Assembly: GCA_045587505.1 (NCBI GenBank) | Contig: JAZNCK010000093.1 | Span: 232-64,231, forward strand | Reading direction: 5' to 3' | Source: Acutalibacteraceae bacterium | GTDB lineage: Bacteria > Bacillota > Clostridia > Oscillospirales > Acutalibacteraceae | Length of the DNA stretch: 64,000 nucleotides | Shown: positions 27,545-37,751 of the stretch, one piece after another | Numbering within the stretch: position 1 is the first letter of the stretch | Layout: each line of letters begins with the position of its first letter | The notes under the pieces: model-generated | What the model was told of the DNA's origin: nothing | Seen by the model: the letters and a program-made list of their open reading frames with translations, nothing else | The model's database searches: none | Made by a program: the position numbers and the translations under genes

Positions 27545-29038
27545 ATGTTATATACAAGTACAAGAGACAAGAGCATAAAAGTAAGCTCAGCCGAGGCTAT
27601 TGCACACGGTATTTCAAAAGAGGGCGGACTTTTTGTTCCCGAATCAATTCCGCAGATTTCTATGGACGAAATTGTCCGTCTTTCAAAGCTCGATTACATA
27701 GGCAGAGCGAAAGAAATTCTTTCACTTTACCTTACCGATTTCTCTGCAGAGGAAATCGATGCATGTGTAAACGGTGCTTACGGTGAGGGTAAATTCTCAA
27801 GCGAGAAGGTTTCTCCTCTTCACACACTTACAAAGGGTACGGAAATTCTTGAACTCTGGAAAGGTCCGACTTGTGCTTTCAAGGATATGGCACTCCAGCT
27901 TCTTCCCCACCTTCTCACGGTTGCTTCTTCAAAGTCTGCACCGGACAAGGAAATTGTTATCCTCGTTGCTACATCAGGTGACACAGGTAAGGCTGCACTT
28001 GAAGGTTTCAAGGATGTTAAGAATACAAGAATTCTCGTATTCTATCCCAACGACGGTGTCAGCCCGATGCAGAAGCTTCAGATGACAACTCAGGAGGGTT
28101 CAAACGTCGGTGTTTGTGCTATCGAGGGTAACTTTGACGACGCACAGTCAGGCGTTAAGAAAATCTTTACGGATAAGGCAGTTGCAGCAAAGCTTGAGGA
28201 AAAGGGAATGATGTTCTCTTCTGCAAATTCAATCAACTGGGGCCGTCTTGTTCCGCAGATTGTTTATTATGTTTCCGCTTATTGCGATATGATTGAAAAG
28301 GGAGCAATCAAAGCAGGTGACGAAATTAACGTTGTTGTTCCGACAGGTAACTTCGGTAACATTCTTGCAGCTTACTATGCAAAGGAAATGGGTGTGCCGA
28401 TGAAGAAGCTCATCTGTGCTTCCAATGCAAACAACGTTCTTACAGATTTCCTCAAAACAGGTAACTACAACCGTGTGAGAGATTTCTATACAACAATCTC
28501 TCCGTCAATGGATATTCTTATTTCTTCAAACCTTGAAAGACTTCTTTTCCTGCTTTCAGGTATGGATGATGCACTTGTTCGCGACTGGATGGCTTCACTT
28601 TCAGCAGAGGGCAAGTACAGCGTAAACGAAGAAGTTTTTGCAAAACTTACGGCTCTTTTTGATGCAGGTTGCTGTGATGACGAGGGAACAAAGGCTTGTA
28701 TTGCAAAAACATTCAAAGAGAACGCATATCTCTGTGATACTCATACTGCAGTTGCTGTTTCCGTTTATGATGACTACAAGGCTGTAACCGGTGACGAAAC
28801 ACCGACAGTTATCGCTTCAACAGCAAATCCGTACAAGTTCAGCAAGGCAGTTCTTGACGCGGTTCACCCGGGAATGAGCGAGGGTATGGACGAGTTTGAT
28901 ATGGTACTCGGTCTTAAGGTTGAAACAGGCGAAGAATGTCCTGCTCAGCTTGCAAACCTCAAGGGCAAGACTCCGAGATTTACGGGATGCTGCAAGAAAG
29001 AGGAAATGGAGCAGGTCGTGTTCGATATGCTTAAATAA
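27545..29038 (+). CDS. thrC: Threonine synthase (long form)
   Basis: MLYTSTR...GGLFVPE N-terminus and the PLP lysine motif PTCAFKDMALQ. About 497 aa. Confidence 0.9.
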   Translation: MLYTSTRDKSIKVSSAEAIAHGISKEGGLFVPESIPQISMDEIVRLSKLDYIGRAKEILSLYLTDFSAEEIDACVNGAYGEGKFSSEKVSPLHTLTKGTEILELWKGPTCAFKDMALQLLPHLLTVASSKSAPDKEIVILVATSGDTGKAALEGFKDVKNTRILVFYPNDGVSPMQKLQMTTQEGSNVGVCAIEGNFDDAQSGVKKIFTDKAVAAKLEEKGMMFSSANSINWGRLVPQIVYYVSAYCDMIEKGAIKAGDEINVVVPTGNFGNILAAYYAKEMGVPMKKLICASNANNVLTDFLKTGNYNRVRDFYTTISPSMDILISSNLERLLFLLSGMDDALVRDWMASLSAEGKYSVNEEVFAKLTALFDAGCCDDEGTKACIAKTFKENAYLCDTHTAVAVSVYDDYKAVTGDETPTVIASTANPYKFSKAVLDAVHPGMSEGMDEFDMVLGLKVETGEECPAQLANLKGKTPRFTGCCKKEEMEQVVFDMLK

Positions 29039-29107
29039 TTGTTAATAATAAAGAAAAGAGAAGATTCGCCTGAACGAGTCCTCTCTTTCTTTAATTATCA
29101 GGTTTAC

Positions 29108-29275
29108 TTATTTGTTTACGTTGTTGCTCGGTTCAAATGTTGCACAGATTGTGTCAGCACATGTGCATGCACTTGAGGGGCCGACTTCAATGTGACCTGC
29201 AACGCACTTGCAACCTTCTTCGTTGTAAACGCAGTTATGGGCATTACACTTGATTTCTTTGATTTCTTTTTTCAT
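29108..29275 (-). CDS. Small Cys-rich DUF1540-like protein (55 aa, below the ORF-track length cut-off)
   Basis: My translation: MKKEIKEIKCNAHNCVYNEEGCKCVAGHIEVGPSSACTCADTICATFEPSNNVNK. The pattern KC.A..C.YN....C.A..I.V is typical of DUF1540. Confidence 0.55.
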   Translation of the reverse strand: MKKEIKEIKCNAHNCVYNEEGCKCVAGHIEVGPSSACTCADTICATFEPSNNVNK

Positions 29276-29368
29276 TTTGCAAAACTCCTTTGTTATTTTT
29301 GTGACGTAAAGTCACATAATTATTATGTTTTTTTATTTTTTGAATATACTGAAAAGAGGTGAAGAACT

Positions 29369-30061
29369 TTGTCTTTGTTTGCCATAGCGGACACGCATCT
29401 TTCCTTTTCCTGCGATAAACCGATGGATATTTTCCGTGGTTGGCAGGATTTTGAAAAACGACTTGAAAAAAATTGGAATGCGGTTGTCGGTGAAGATGAT
29501 TTCGTCGTAATTCCCGGTGATGTTTCGTGGGGAATGAATATGGATGAAACTCTTGAGGATTTCCGTTTTCTTGACAGGCTAAACGGTATAAAAATCATTA
29601 TGAAAGGCAACCATGATTATTGGTGGTCAACAAAAAGCAAGACCGAAAAGTTCTTCCTTGAAAATAACATAAACAGTATAAAAGTGCTTTTTAACAATGC
29701 TTTCAGAATCGGTGATTACACCGTCTGCGGTACACGCGGATGGTTTTTTGACTGTGAGAAGAAAGAGGACGAAAAGGTTCTCCTGCGTGAGGCGGGCAGA
29801 CTTAAAATGTCTCTTGATGAGGCGGCAAAACTTGGCGGCGAACCGATAATTTTTCTTCATTATCCGCCCGTCAGCCTGTCGCAGACCTGTTCGGAGATTT
29901 ATGATATCGTCATTTCTTCAGGAGCGAAACGGTGTTATTACGGCCATCTTCACGGACCGTCTGTCAATTGGGCTTTCCGCGGTGAGCGTGACGGAGTCAG
30001 TTTTGATCTCGTGTCGGCCGATTTTCTTGAGTTTTGCCCAAAATTATTGGTAAAATTTTGA
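29369..30061 (+). CDS. Calcineurin-like metallophosphoesterase
   Basis: TTG start after AGAGGTGA. Motifs AIADTH, PGDVSW, GNHDYWW and a late HGH. Confidence 0.7.
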   Translation: MSLFAIADTHLSFSCDKPMDIFRGWQDFEKRLEKNWNAVVGEDDFVVIPGDVSWGMNMDETLEDFRFLDRLNGIKIIMKGNHDYWWSTKSKTEKFFLENNINSIKVLFNNAFRIGDYTVCGTRGWFFDCEKKEDEKVLLREAGRLKMSLDEAAKLGGEPIIFLHYPPVSLSQTCSEIYDIVISSGAKRCYYGHLHGPSVNWAFRGERDGVSFDLVSADFLEFCPKLLVKF

Positions 30062-30090
30062 TAAAAAACCAAAAATATATAAAAAAGGTA

Positions 30091-30119
30091 TGGAAAAATC
30101 AGAAACTATCTGCTATAAT
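30091..30119 (+). promoter_or_regulatory. Extended -10 promoter candidate for tig
   Basis: TGGAAA, a 17-nt spacer, then TGcTATAAT. Confidence 0.35.
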
Positions 30120-30186
30120 GTTATGGTTAATAGGTATTTGTGGGAGTATCGCCCGCAGGGTAATGCCAAACAGGAGGAAGTAATCA

Positions 30187-31533
30187 ATGTTAAAATCAGC
30201 AAACAAAACAGAAACAAACATTTACACACTTGAAGTTACGGTAAGTGCAGAGGACTTTAAGGCTGCTGTCCTTAAGGCTTACAACAAGCAGAAGAATAAG
30301 ATTCAGCTTCCCGGCTTCCGTAAGGGTAAGGCACCTCTTGCAATGATTGAGAAGTTCTACGGCAAAGAGGTATTCTATGAAGACGCACTTGATATCGTTT
30401 ATCCCGAAACAGTAGGCGCTGCTATTGAAGAAGCAGGTATCGAGCCTGTTGCACCTCCGCACGATGTTGAGGTTATAAAGATGGACGAGACAGGTGTTGA
30501 AATGACACTTAAAATCACAGTTATGCCTGAAATCACAATCGAAGGCTACAAGGGTATCGAAGCAGACAAGGGCGACGCTTCAGTCACAGCTGACGATGTT
30601 AAGAAAGAGCTTGCTTCAATGCAGGAGAGAAACTCCCGTACAGTTACAGTTGAAGACGCAAGAAAAGCAAAGAAGAACGACATCGCAGTTATCGACTTTG
30701 AAGGTTTTGTTGACGGTGTAGCATTTGACGGCGGTAAGGGCGAAAACTTCGACCTTACACTCGGTTCAGGTCAGTTCATCCCCGGCTTTGAGGATCAGGT
30801 TATCGGTCACAAGGCAGGCGAGGAGTTCGACGTTAACGTTACATTCCCCACAGAGTATGCTGCAGAACTTGCAGGCAAGGATGCAACATTCAAGGTTAAG
30901 ATTCACGAGCTCAAGGTTAAGGAGCTTCCTGCACTTGATGACGAGTTTGCAAAGGACGTAAGCGAAGATTGCGAAACACTTGCTGACCTTAAGAAGAGCA
31001 TTAAGGCTGACCTCGTTAAGACTAAGACAGAGCAGGTTGACCGTGAGTTCGAAAGCAACGTTCTTGAAAAGGTTGTTGAGCTTGTAGAAGGCGAAATCCC
31101 CGAAGTTATGTATGATAACAAGCTCGAGGACGACGTTAAGGAATACGAGCAGAGACTTGCACAGCAGGGTATCGGTCTTGATATGTACCTTCAGTACATG
31201 GGTATGGATAAGGATGCATTCAAAGAGAGCATGAGAGCAAATGCTGTTAAGCAGGTTAAGCTTCAGCTCGCTATTGATAAGATTGCTGAACTTGAGAAGA
31301 TTGAAGCAACTGACGAAGATGCAGATGCAAAGATTCAGGAAATGGCTGATATGTATCAGATGGAAGCTGAGCAGATCAAGAAGTTTGTTCGCATCGAGGA
31401 CGTTAAGAAAGACGTTGTCGGCCAGAAGACAGTTGACTTCCTTGTAAAGAATGCAAAGGCAATCGTTGCAGAGAAGCCGAAGAAGACAACAAAAAAAGCA
31501 GCTGCTAAGAAGACAGAAGAAGCTGCTGAATAA
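30187..31533 (+). CDS. tig: Trigger factor
   Basis: N-terminal ribosome-binding motif GFRKGKAP, a central FKBP domain (DFEGFVDGVAFDGG) and an acidic C-terminal arm. Confidence 0.95.
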   Translation: MLKSANKTETNIYTLEVTVSAEDFKAAVLKAYNKQKNKIQLPGFRKGKAPLAMIEKFYGKEVFYEDALDIVYPETVGAAIEEAGIEPVAPPHDVEVIKMDETGVEMTLKITVMPEITIEGYKGIEADKGDASVTADDVKKELASMQERNSRTVTVEDARKAKKNDIAVIDFEGFVDGVAFDGGKGENFDLTLGSGQFIPGFEDQVIGHKAGEEFDVNVTFPTEYAAELAGKDATFKVKIHELKVKELPALDDEFAKDVSEDCETLADLKKSIKADLVKTKTEQVDREFESNVLEKVVELVEGEIPEVMYDNKLEDDVKEYEQRLAQQGIGLDMYLQYMGMDKDAFKESMRANAVKQVKLQLAIDKIAELEKIEATDEDADAKIQEMADMYQMEAEQIKKFVRIEDVKKDVVGQKTVDFLVKNAKAIVAEKPKKTTKKAAAKKTEEAAE

Positions 31534-31555
31534 TTAAAGATTTAGATGTCAAACC

Positions 31556-31592
31556 TTAAGGCAAATGGATGATTTTCATTCGTTTGCCTTAA
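31556..31592 (+). terminator. Hairpin between tig and clpP (possible attenuator or processing site)
   Basis: TTAAGGCAAA ... TTTGCCTTAA 10-bp stem with a 17-nt loop. There is no clear T-run. Confidence 0.3.
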
Positions 31593-31628
31593 CTTAAAAT
31601 AAGCTATTTTGAAACGGAGGAAATAAGT

Positions 31629-32210
31629 ATGGCTTTAGTACCTTACGTTATTGAACAGACAAACAGAGGCGAGCGTTCTTACGATATTTTTTCTCGTCTT
31701 TTAAGCGACAGAATTATTGTTCTTTCTGACGAAGTTAACGATGCAACCGCAAGTCTTGTTGTTGCACAGATGCTTTTCCTTGAAGGTCAGGACCCTGAAA
31801 AGGATATCAGCCTTTACATCAACAGCCCCGGCGGTTCTGTTACTGCAGGTATGGCAATTTATGACACAATGCAGTACATCAAGTGCGATGTTTCAACAAT
31901 CTGTATGGGTATGGCTGCATCAATGGGTGCATTCCTTCTCTCTTCGGGTGCAAAGGGTAAGCGTTTTGCGCTTCCTAACAGTGAGATTATGATTCATCAG
32001 CCACTCGGCGGAGCAAGAGGTCAGGCAACAGAAATCAAAATCGTAGCTGATCATATCCTTAAGACGAGAGAAAAGCTCAACAGAATTCTTGCTGAAAACA
32101 CAGGCAAGTCAATTGAGCAGATTGCTCTTGATACAGAAAGAGATAACTACCTTTCAGCTCAGGAGGCTCTTGAATACGGCCTTGTTGATAAGGTTCTCTA
32201 CAAAAGATAA
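31629..32210 (+). CDS. clpP: ATP-dependent Clp protease proteolytic subunit
   Basis: YDIFSRLL...[16 protein letters not shown]...CMGMAASMG, with the catalytic Ser, His and Asp contexts. Confidence 0.97.
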   Translation: MALVPYVIEQTNRGERSYDIFSRLLSDRIIVLSDEVNDATASLVVAQMLFLEGQDPEKDISLYINSPGGSVTAGMAIYDTMQYIKCDVSTICMGMAASMGAFLLSSGAKGKRFALPNSEIMIHQPLGGARGQATEIKIVADHILKTREKLNRILAENTGKSIEQIALDTERDNYLSAQEALEYGLVDKVLYKR

Positions 32211-32225
32211 ATCAGAGGTGTAACA

Positions 32226-33485
32226 ATGCCGAGAGATGACGAAAGACGCGAGAAAAGTGTCCGCTGCTCTTTCTGCCACAAGACTCAGGGTCAGGTTGAA
32301 AGAATAATTGCAGGTGACGGAGTTTATATCTGTAATGAATGTGTTGAACTCTGCCAGGCGATTATTGAAGAGGAGAGCGTCGGACGAAACAAAAAGAAAA
32401 AGTCAAAAGACATCAAACTGCCCACACCGATGGAAATCAAGCACGGTCTTGATGAATATGTTATTGGTCAGGACGAGGCAAAGGTTGCGTTGAGCGTTGC
32501 CGTTTATAACCACTATAAGCGTGTGTTCAAGGCAGAGGAAACCGATGTCGAAATCCAGAAGAGCAACATTCTTATGCTCGGCCCGACGGGTGTCGGCAAG
32601 ACGATGCTTGCGCAGACTCTTGCAAAAATCCTCAATGTTCCTTTTGCGATTGCCGACGCAACAACGCTTACAGAAGCAGGTTACGTTGGTGAAGACGTTG
32701 AAAATATTCTGCTTCGCCTTATTCAGGCTGCAGACTTTGATATCGACAAGGCAGAGCAGGGAATTATCTACGTTGATGAAATCGACAAGATTGCCCGTAA
32801 GTCTGAGAATCCGTCAATCACCCGTGATGTCAGCGGTGAAGGCGTTCAGCAGGCACTCCTTAAGATTATTGAAGGAACAGTTGCCAACGTGCCTCCGCAG
32901 GGCGGAAGAAAACATCCGCAGCAGGAGTGTATCCAGGTCAACACTTCAAACATTCTTTTCATCTGTGGCGGTGCATTTGACGGAATTGAAAAAACCGTTG
33001 AAAAACGTATCGGCGGTTCTGCTCTCGGTTTCGGTGCAGATATAAAGAGTAAAGAAGAGTTTACTATCGAAAATGCTGTTTCCAAGGTAATTCCGCAGGA
33101 TATCACGAAGTTCGGTCTCATTCCCGAGCTCGTCGGCAGACTTCCGGTTATCACAACTCTTAAGGAGCTGGATGAGGAAGCACTTGTTAAAATCCTTACA
33201 GAGCCGAAGAACGCAATTGTCAAGCAGTATCAGTCACTGCTCGGTATGGACGGTGTAAATCTTGAGTTTACTCCCGAGGCATTGACAGCGATTGCAAAAA
33301 AGACACTCGAAAGAAAGACGGGTGCCCGTGGCTTGCGTGCGGTTATGGAAGGTATTCTTATGCCGATTATGTATGCTGTGCCGAGTGACAAGTCAATTGT
33401 CAGCGTGCAGATTACGGAAAACTGCGTCAACAACAACGAGACTCCCTTGGTTGAACACAAGGGCAAGAAAAAGATTGAAGCATAA
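32226..33485 (+). CDS. clpX: ATP-dependent Clp protease ATP-binding subunit ClpX
   Basis: C4 zinc finger CSFC...[12 protein letters not shown] Walker [10 protein letters not shown] Walker B and the GARGLR sensor. Confidence 0.97.
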   Translation: MPRDDERREKSVRCSFCHKTQGQVERIIAGDGVYICNECVELCQAIIEEESVGRNKKKKSKDIKLPTPMEIKHGLDEYVIGQDEAKVALSVAVYNHYKRVFKAEETDVEIQKSNILMLGPTGVGKTMLAQTLAKILNVPFAIADATTLTEAGYVGEDVENILLRLIQAADFDIDKAEQGIIYVDEIDKIARKSENPSITRDVSGEGVQQALLKIIEGTVANVPPQGGRKHPQQECIQVNTSNILFICGGAFDGIEKTVEKRIGGSALGFGADIKSKEEFTIENAVSKVIPQDITKFGLIPELVGRLPVITTLKELDEEALVKILTEPKNAIVKQYQSLLGMDGVNLEFTPEALTAIAKKTLERKTGARGLRAVMEGILMPIMYAVPSDKSIVSVQITENCVNNNETPLVEHKGKKKIEA

Positions 33486-33497
33486 TAAAAAAGTAAA

Positions 33498-33525
33498 GGC
33501 AGGGTTTTTTACCCTGCCTCTGTTT
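33498..33525. terminator. Bidirectional terminator between clpX and the convergent lipoprotein gene
   Basis: GGCAGGGT-TTTTT-ACCCTGCC hairpin with A/T runs on both sides. Confidence 0.65.
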
Positions 33526-33531
33526 TTGCTG

Positions 33532-34464
33532 TCAATATGTAATTGTATAATCTTTTACAAACGTAAATCCTGCCGTGGCATCGTGTGTACCAAAGAGGTT
33601 AACCGTGATATCAAGCACAACGGGCGTGCTGTAAAGAGTATGTGTCATTCTGCCTGTTGCCTTGTCAATTGTTGCTTTGATTTCGCAGTTATAATATGAT
33701 GCATCAAAACGCTTGATAAACGAAACCTTTTCTGAAACCTCATGCGGTTCAATTACGTCACAGACGGCTGCAACACCGCCGCCTGCTCTCGGATTTTTTT
33801 CGTCCTTGAGCTTGAGATAAATTTCGTAGGTTGAGCCTTTGTCCGTGCAGGTAGCCTTGAGAACAGTTGACGGCTGAAGCTTGCTTACATAATCCTGTTC
33901 GGGAACGATGTACTCGTTGCGGATATCCTCTTTTGTATCGTAAACTATCGGCTCAGTGTCGTCACTCATAAAGGTACTTATCATACTCTTTGCAGTGTCT
34001 TCAAGTCCTGCAGGCAGGACGAACTTATCCTCGTTTACGATACGCTTTTCGTAGTTTTTAACTACCTTTACAGCATCGGTTTTGATTTTGTTTGCACTCT
34101 TGTTGAACAGATTAACGATTTCCTCAACTGTCATCGGGGAATCTGACTTTTCTGTTGTTTCCGGTTTAGTTGCACCGTTAATCTTTTTTGTTGTATCAAC
34201 CTGAGTAATTTCTTCTGTCGCATCAGTAGGTGTTTCATCAGTTGTAATATCTGTGACCTCGTCCGCCGGGATGTCAGTGTCGTCGTTTGCGGGAGTATCC
34301 GTTGATTCGTCCGCAACTGAATTTCCTGTGGCAGAAACAGTTCCCGTTGGCTTTGCTGCTTCTTTAACGGCATCGCTGTAGTTATTAACGCAAACGCAGG
34401 AAGTGATGCATAAAACCGCAACACAAATGATAGCTGTGACTGATCGGATTACAGATTCTTTCAT
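33532..34464 (-). CDS. Putative lipoprotein with an acidic Thr/Asp/Glu-rich linker, unknown function
   Basis: Signal peptide with an ITSC lipobox, about 90 aa of low-complexity T/D/E/P sequence, then a globular C-terminal domain I cannot place. Confidence 0.5.
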   Translation of the reverse strand: MKESVIRSVTAIICVAVLCITSCVCVNNYSDAVKEAAKPTGTVSATGNSVADESTDTPANDDTDIPADEVTDITTDETPTDATEEITQVDTTKKINGATKPETTEKSDSPMTVEEIVNLFNKSANKIKTDAVKVVKNYEKRIVNEDKFVLPAGLEDTAKSMISTFMSDDTEPIVYDTKEDIRNEYIVPEQDYVSKLQPSTVLKATCTDKGSTYEIYLKLKDEKNPRAGGGVAAVCDVIEPHEVSEKVSFIKRFDASYYNCEIKATIDKATGRMTHTLYSTPVVLDITVNLFGTHDATAGFTFVKDYTITY

Positions 34465-34488
34465 AAAGCAAACCCCACTGTGTTTTTT

Positions 34489-35874
34489 TTATTTCTTTTT
34501 ACTCTGGGTATTACGCTGAAGCTCGTTGTATTTGACGATTTTTAATGCCCGTCTTTTCTTTCTGCGGTTATTGGCAACGATGAACATTATAATGTACACC
34601 AGAATAAGAATGAGAATAACGGCAAAGATGATTTTGAAAATGACCTTTGAGGTGATACGCTGAACCATCGCCTTGACGTAAAGCATAACACTCATACTTG
34701 CATCTTCGGCAGCAACGAGGTCTGCAGTGCCGATCTGCTGCCCTGCAAAGACAATTTTTGCCTTACCTATTTTGTCTCCTTTTTTGATTGGAGCATCGAT
34801 ACTTTCCGGCAAGTCAATCGGGACAAAGCTGACACTTTCGGAATCGTTTCCGCGGGGAACAAGTGCCATAACTTCGTTAAGTGCGACAAGTCTGACAGAG
34901 TCCCTTTCCCAACAGTAATTTAACGGCACGGAGCAGACAAACTGACCTTCACGTGTAACCACCTCGTATTTGAGGTTTTTGAACGCCCAGTCATACATAA
35001 GGTTTGTATCCATAAATGCCTGGTTTTCTTTTTTACCGTCACCGTCGGTATCGATGTAGTCTCCGCCCATGGTAACAGCGAGGTAATTATATCCTTCTTT
35101 TGTAGCGTAAGAAACAAGGCATCTGCCCGATTCTTCCGTTGAGCCTGTTTTGATACCCTTGACGTATTTGTTGTAATAGGTAACATAACCGGAGTTGATC
35201 AGGTAGTTGGTGTTAACTATCTGACGCTCCTTGTTCATATTTGTTTCTGGCATCATATAGGTTTTGAGTCCGACAATTGTTTCAAAAGCAGAGTACTTCA
35301 AAGCCTCTTTTGCTATAATTGCAAGGTCTTTTGCTGTTGTCCGCTGTGTTTGTGTATCAAGACCGTGAGGATTGTCAAAGTGCGTATTCTTACAGCCAAG
35401 CTCTTTTGCTGTGTCATTCATCATCTTGACAAAACCTTCAACCGAACCGCCGACCTCGAAAGCAAGAGCTGCCGCAGCATCGTTACCGCTTGGGATAAGC
35501 AATGCACAAAGCAAGTCATAAATTTTCAGCTGTTCGCCTGCTTTAATACCCGATGTTGAGCTGCCTGTTCCGACAAGGCTGTCGAGCGCTGACTGGCTGA
35601 CAGTTACCACACGGTTGAGGTTGGTGTTATTCTTCAGAACAACAAGTGCCGTCATCACCTTTGCCAACGATGCGGGAGGATGCGGTTTGTCGGCATTTTT
35701 TTCAATTATAACCGAGCCGTCGTCGAGGCTTATCAACAGGTCAACTTCACAGTTGAGTTTATTTTCTGAGTTCTCCACACTTGAGAGATAGTTCTGTGCA
35801 GAAGCAGGTAAAACGAGTGCAGATAAAATTATTGTAAGGGAGCATATAAAAATTATCAATTTTTTCATAGACAA
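34489..35874 (-). CDS. D-alanyl-D-alanine carboxypeptidase (S11, PBP5 type) with a C-terminal TM anchor
   Basis: Signal peptide, SxxK (PASLAKV), SGN (IPSGNDAA) and KTG (IKTGST) motifs, and a hydrophobic tail followed by RRKKRR. Confidence 0.85.
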   Translation of the reverse strand: MSMKKLIIFICSLTIILSALVLPASAQNYLSSVENSENKLNCEVDLLISLDDGSVIIEKNADKPHPPASLAKVMTALVVLKNNTNLNRVVTVSQSALDSLVGTGSSTSGIKAGEQLKIYDLLCALLIPSGNDAAAALAFEVGGSVEGFVKMMNDTAKELGCKNTHFDNPHGLDTQTQRTTAKDLAIIAKEALKYSAFETIVGLKTYMMPETNMNKERQIVNTNYLINSGYVTYYNKYVKGIKTGSTEESGRCLVSYATKEGYNYLAVTMGGDYIDTDGDGKKENQAFMDTNLMYDWAFKNLKYEVVTREGQFVCSVPLNYCWERDSVRLVALNEVMALVPRGNDSESVSFVPIDLPESIDAPIKKGDKIGKAKIVFAGQQIGTADLVAAEDASMSVMLYVKAMVQRITSKVIFKIIFAVILILILVYIIMFIVANNRRKKRRALKIVKYNELQRNTQSKKK

Positions 35875-35981
35875 GACCCCCGTAAATGTAGTATTATATA
35901 TGCTATAGTATTATAACAGATTTCTAATGAAAAATAAACACAGAAATCAAAAAAATGTCGATTTTGAGGAGTTGGCTCAGG

Positions 35982-36674
35982 ATGATTTATGTTACAGGCG
36001 ATATGCACGGTGATTACCGTATTTTTTCGCAGAAAAAATTCAAAAACATCAAAGAAGGCGATACTCTTATTGTTTGCGGAGATTTCGGTTTTATCTGGAA
36101 CGGTGACCTGAAAGAGAAAAAAAGTCTCGACAAACTCAGCCGCAAAAAGTACAATATCTGTTTCGTTGACGGTACTCACGAAAATTTTGATTTGCTTTCA
36201 AAATATCCCGAGGTAAATTTTGCGGGCGGCAAGGCACATAAAATCCGCGAAAACATCTTTCATCTTATGCGTGGCCAGGTTTTTGAAATCGAGGGCGAAC
36301 ACATTTTTGCTATGGGTGGCGGTGAAAGTCCCGACATTGACCTGCGTTATGACAACGAGAATTGGTCCGATGCCGAAACTCCGACACGTGAAGAAATGCG
36401 AGAGGGTGCAACAAATCTTGAAAGATATAAATTCAAGGTGGATTATATCATCACCCACGAGCCTGCACAGAAAATCAAGAACTTTCTGAAACTCAAGGAT
36501 AATGAGCCGATGCTGGTAAGCGGAATCAATGCGTATTTTCAGGAACTGAGCACAAGCTGTGACTATACGCGATGGTTCTTCGGGTCTTTACACGAGGACA
36601 AGTTTGTTTCATCTTCGCAGATTGCAGTGTTCCGCAATCTTATCAATGTCCGTACGGGCGAGTTAGTTGAATAG
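35982..36674 (+). CDS. Metallophosphoesterase family protein
   Basis: [16 protein letters not shown] and DGTHENFD motifs. GAGGAG SD 10 nt before the ATG at 35982. Confidence 0.65.
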   Translation: MIYVTGDMHGDYRIFSQKKFKNIKEGDTLIVCGDFGFIWNGDLKEKKSLDKLSRKKYNICFVDGTHENFDLLSKYPEVNFAGGKAHKIRENIFHLMRGQVFEIEGEHIFAMGGGESPDIDLRYDNENWSDAETPTREEMREGATNLERYKFKVDYIITHEPAQKIKNFLKLKDNEPMLVSGINAYFQELSTSCDYTRWFFGSLHEDKFVSSSQIAVFRNLINVRTGELVE

Positions 36675-36684
36675 GAGAACAGAT

Positions 36685-37350
36685 ATGGATATAAAAGAAA
36701 TTTTATCAAAGGTTGACCACACACTTCTTTCTCAGTCTGCAACTTGGGAAGAAATCAGGGCAATCTGTGACGACGGAATGAAGTACGGCTGTGCTTCCGT
36801 CTGCATCCCTGCATCGTATGTCCGTCAGGCAACAGAGTACGTTGACGGCAAACTTCCGATTTGTACGGTTATCGGTTTCCCGAACGGTTACTCAACAACT
36901 GCCGCAAAGTGCTTTGAAGCCAACGATGCTGTCAGAAACGGTGCAGAAGAGATTGATATGGTTATCAATATCGGTGCACACAAGGATAAAAAATATGATT
37001 TCCTGCTTGAAGAAATCAAGGCAGTCAAAGAGGCTTGCGAAGGCAGACTTTTAAAGGTTATCATTGAAACTTGCTTGTTGACAGATGAGGAAAAAATCAA
37101 GATGTGCGAGATTGTTTCAGCATCAGGTGCAGATTATATCAAAACTTCGACGGGCTTTTCAACGGGCGGGGCAACCCGTGCAGATGTTGAACTTTTTGCT
37201 GCACACGTTGCACCTCATCTCAGAATCAAGGCAGCCGGCGGAATTGCTTCACTTGAGGATGCTGAGGACTTTATAAAACTCGGAGCATCACGTCTGGGCA
37301 CAAGCAGAATTGTAAAAATCATCAAAAACGAAGAAGCACAGGGCTATTGA
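36685..37350 (+). CDS. deoC: Deoxyribose-phosphate aldolase
   Basis: [14 protein letters not shown] and the Schiff-base context [10 protein letters not shown]. Confidence 0.9.
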   Translation: MDIKEILSKVDHTLLSQSATWEEIRAICDDGMKYGCASVCIPASYVRQATEYVDGKLPICTVIGFPNGYSTTAAKCFEANDAVRNGAEEIDMVINIGAHKDKKYDFLLEEIKAVKEACEGRLLKVIIETCLLTDEEKIKMCEIVSASGADYIKTSTGFSTGGATRADVELFAAHVAPHLRIKAAGGIASLEDAEDFIKLGASRLGTSRIVKIIKNEEAQGY

Positions 37351-37351
37351 T

Positions 37352-37741
37352 ATGGATAAAAAAGAATTGATAAATCTTGCTTTTGAAGCAAGAGAGAATT
37401 CATATTCGCCGTATTCTTCATTCAGAGTCGGTGCGGCGCTTCTTGCAAAAAACGGAAAGGTTTACAAGGGTTGCAACATCGAAAATGCAGCGTATTCACC
37501 TACAAACTGTGCGGAAAGAACAGCCTTCTTTTCCGCAATCGCAGACGGTGAACGTGAATTTAAGGCGATTGCTGTTGTAGGCGGAAAGGATGGGGTTACT
37601 CAATTCTGTACGCCGTGCGGAGTGTGCCGTCAGGTGATGAGTGAATTCTGCGACAAAGATTTTGAAATATATACAACTGACGGGAAAGAAATAAAAACAT
37701 TCATTTTGGGAGATTTATTGCCCGAAAGTTTTAAATTATAA
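37352..37741 (+). CDS. cdd: Cytidine deaminase
   Basis: Zinc motifs CAERTA and PCGVCRQ. About 129 aa, the homotetrameric type. Confidence 0.9.
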   Translation: MDKKELINLAFEARENSYSPYSSFRVGAALLAKNGKVYKGCNIENAAYSPTNCAERTAFFSAIADGEREFKAIAVVGGKDGVTQFCTPCGVCRQVMSEFCDKDFEIYTTDGKEIKTFILGDLLPESFKL

Positions 37742-37751
37742 GGAGATTATT

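Noticed and set aside
32497-33045. 182-aa alternative-frame ORF within clpX
   Set aside because: clpX is unambiguous in its own frame. The alternative frame is Arg/Ser/Leu-rich with no features.
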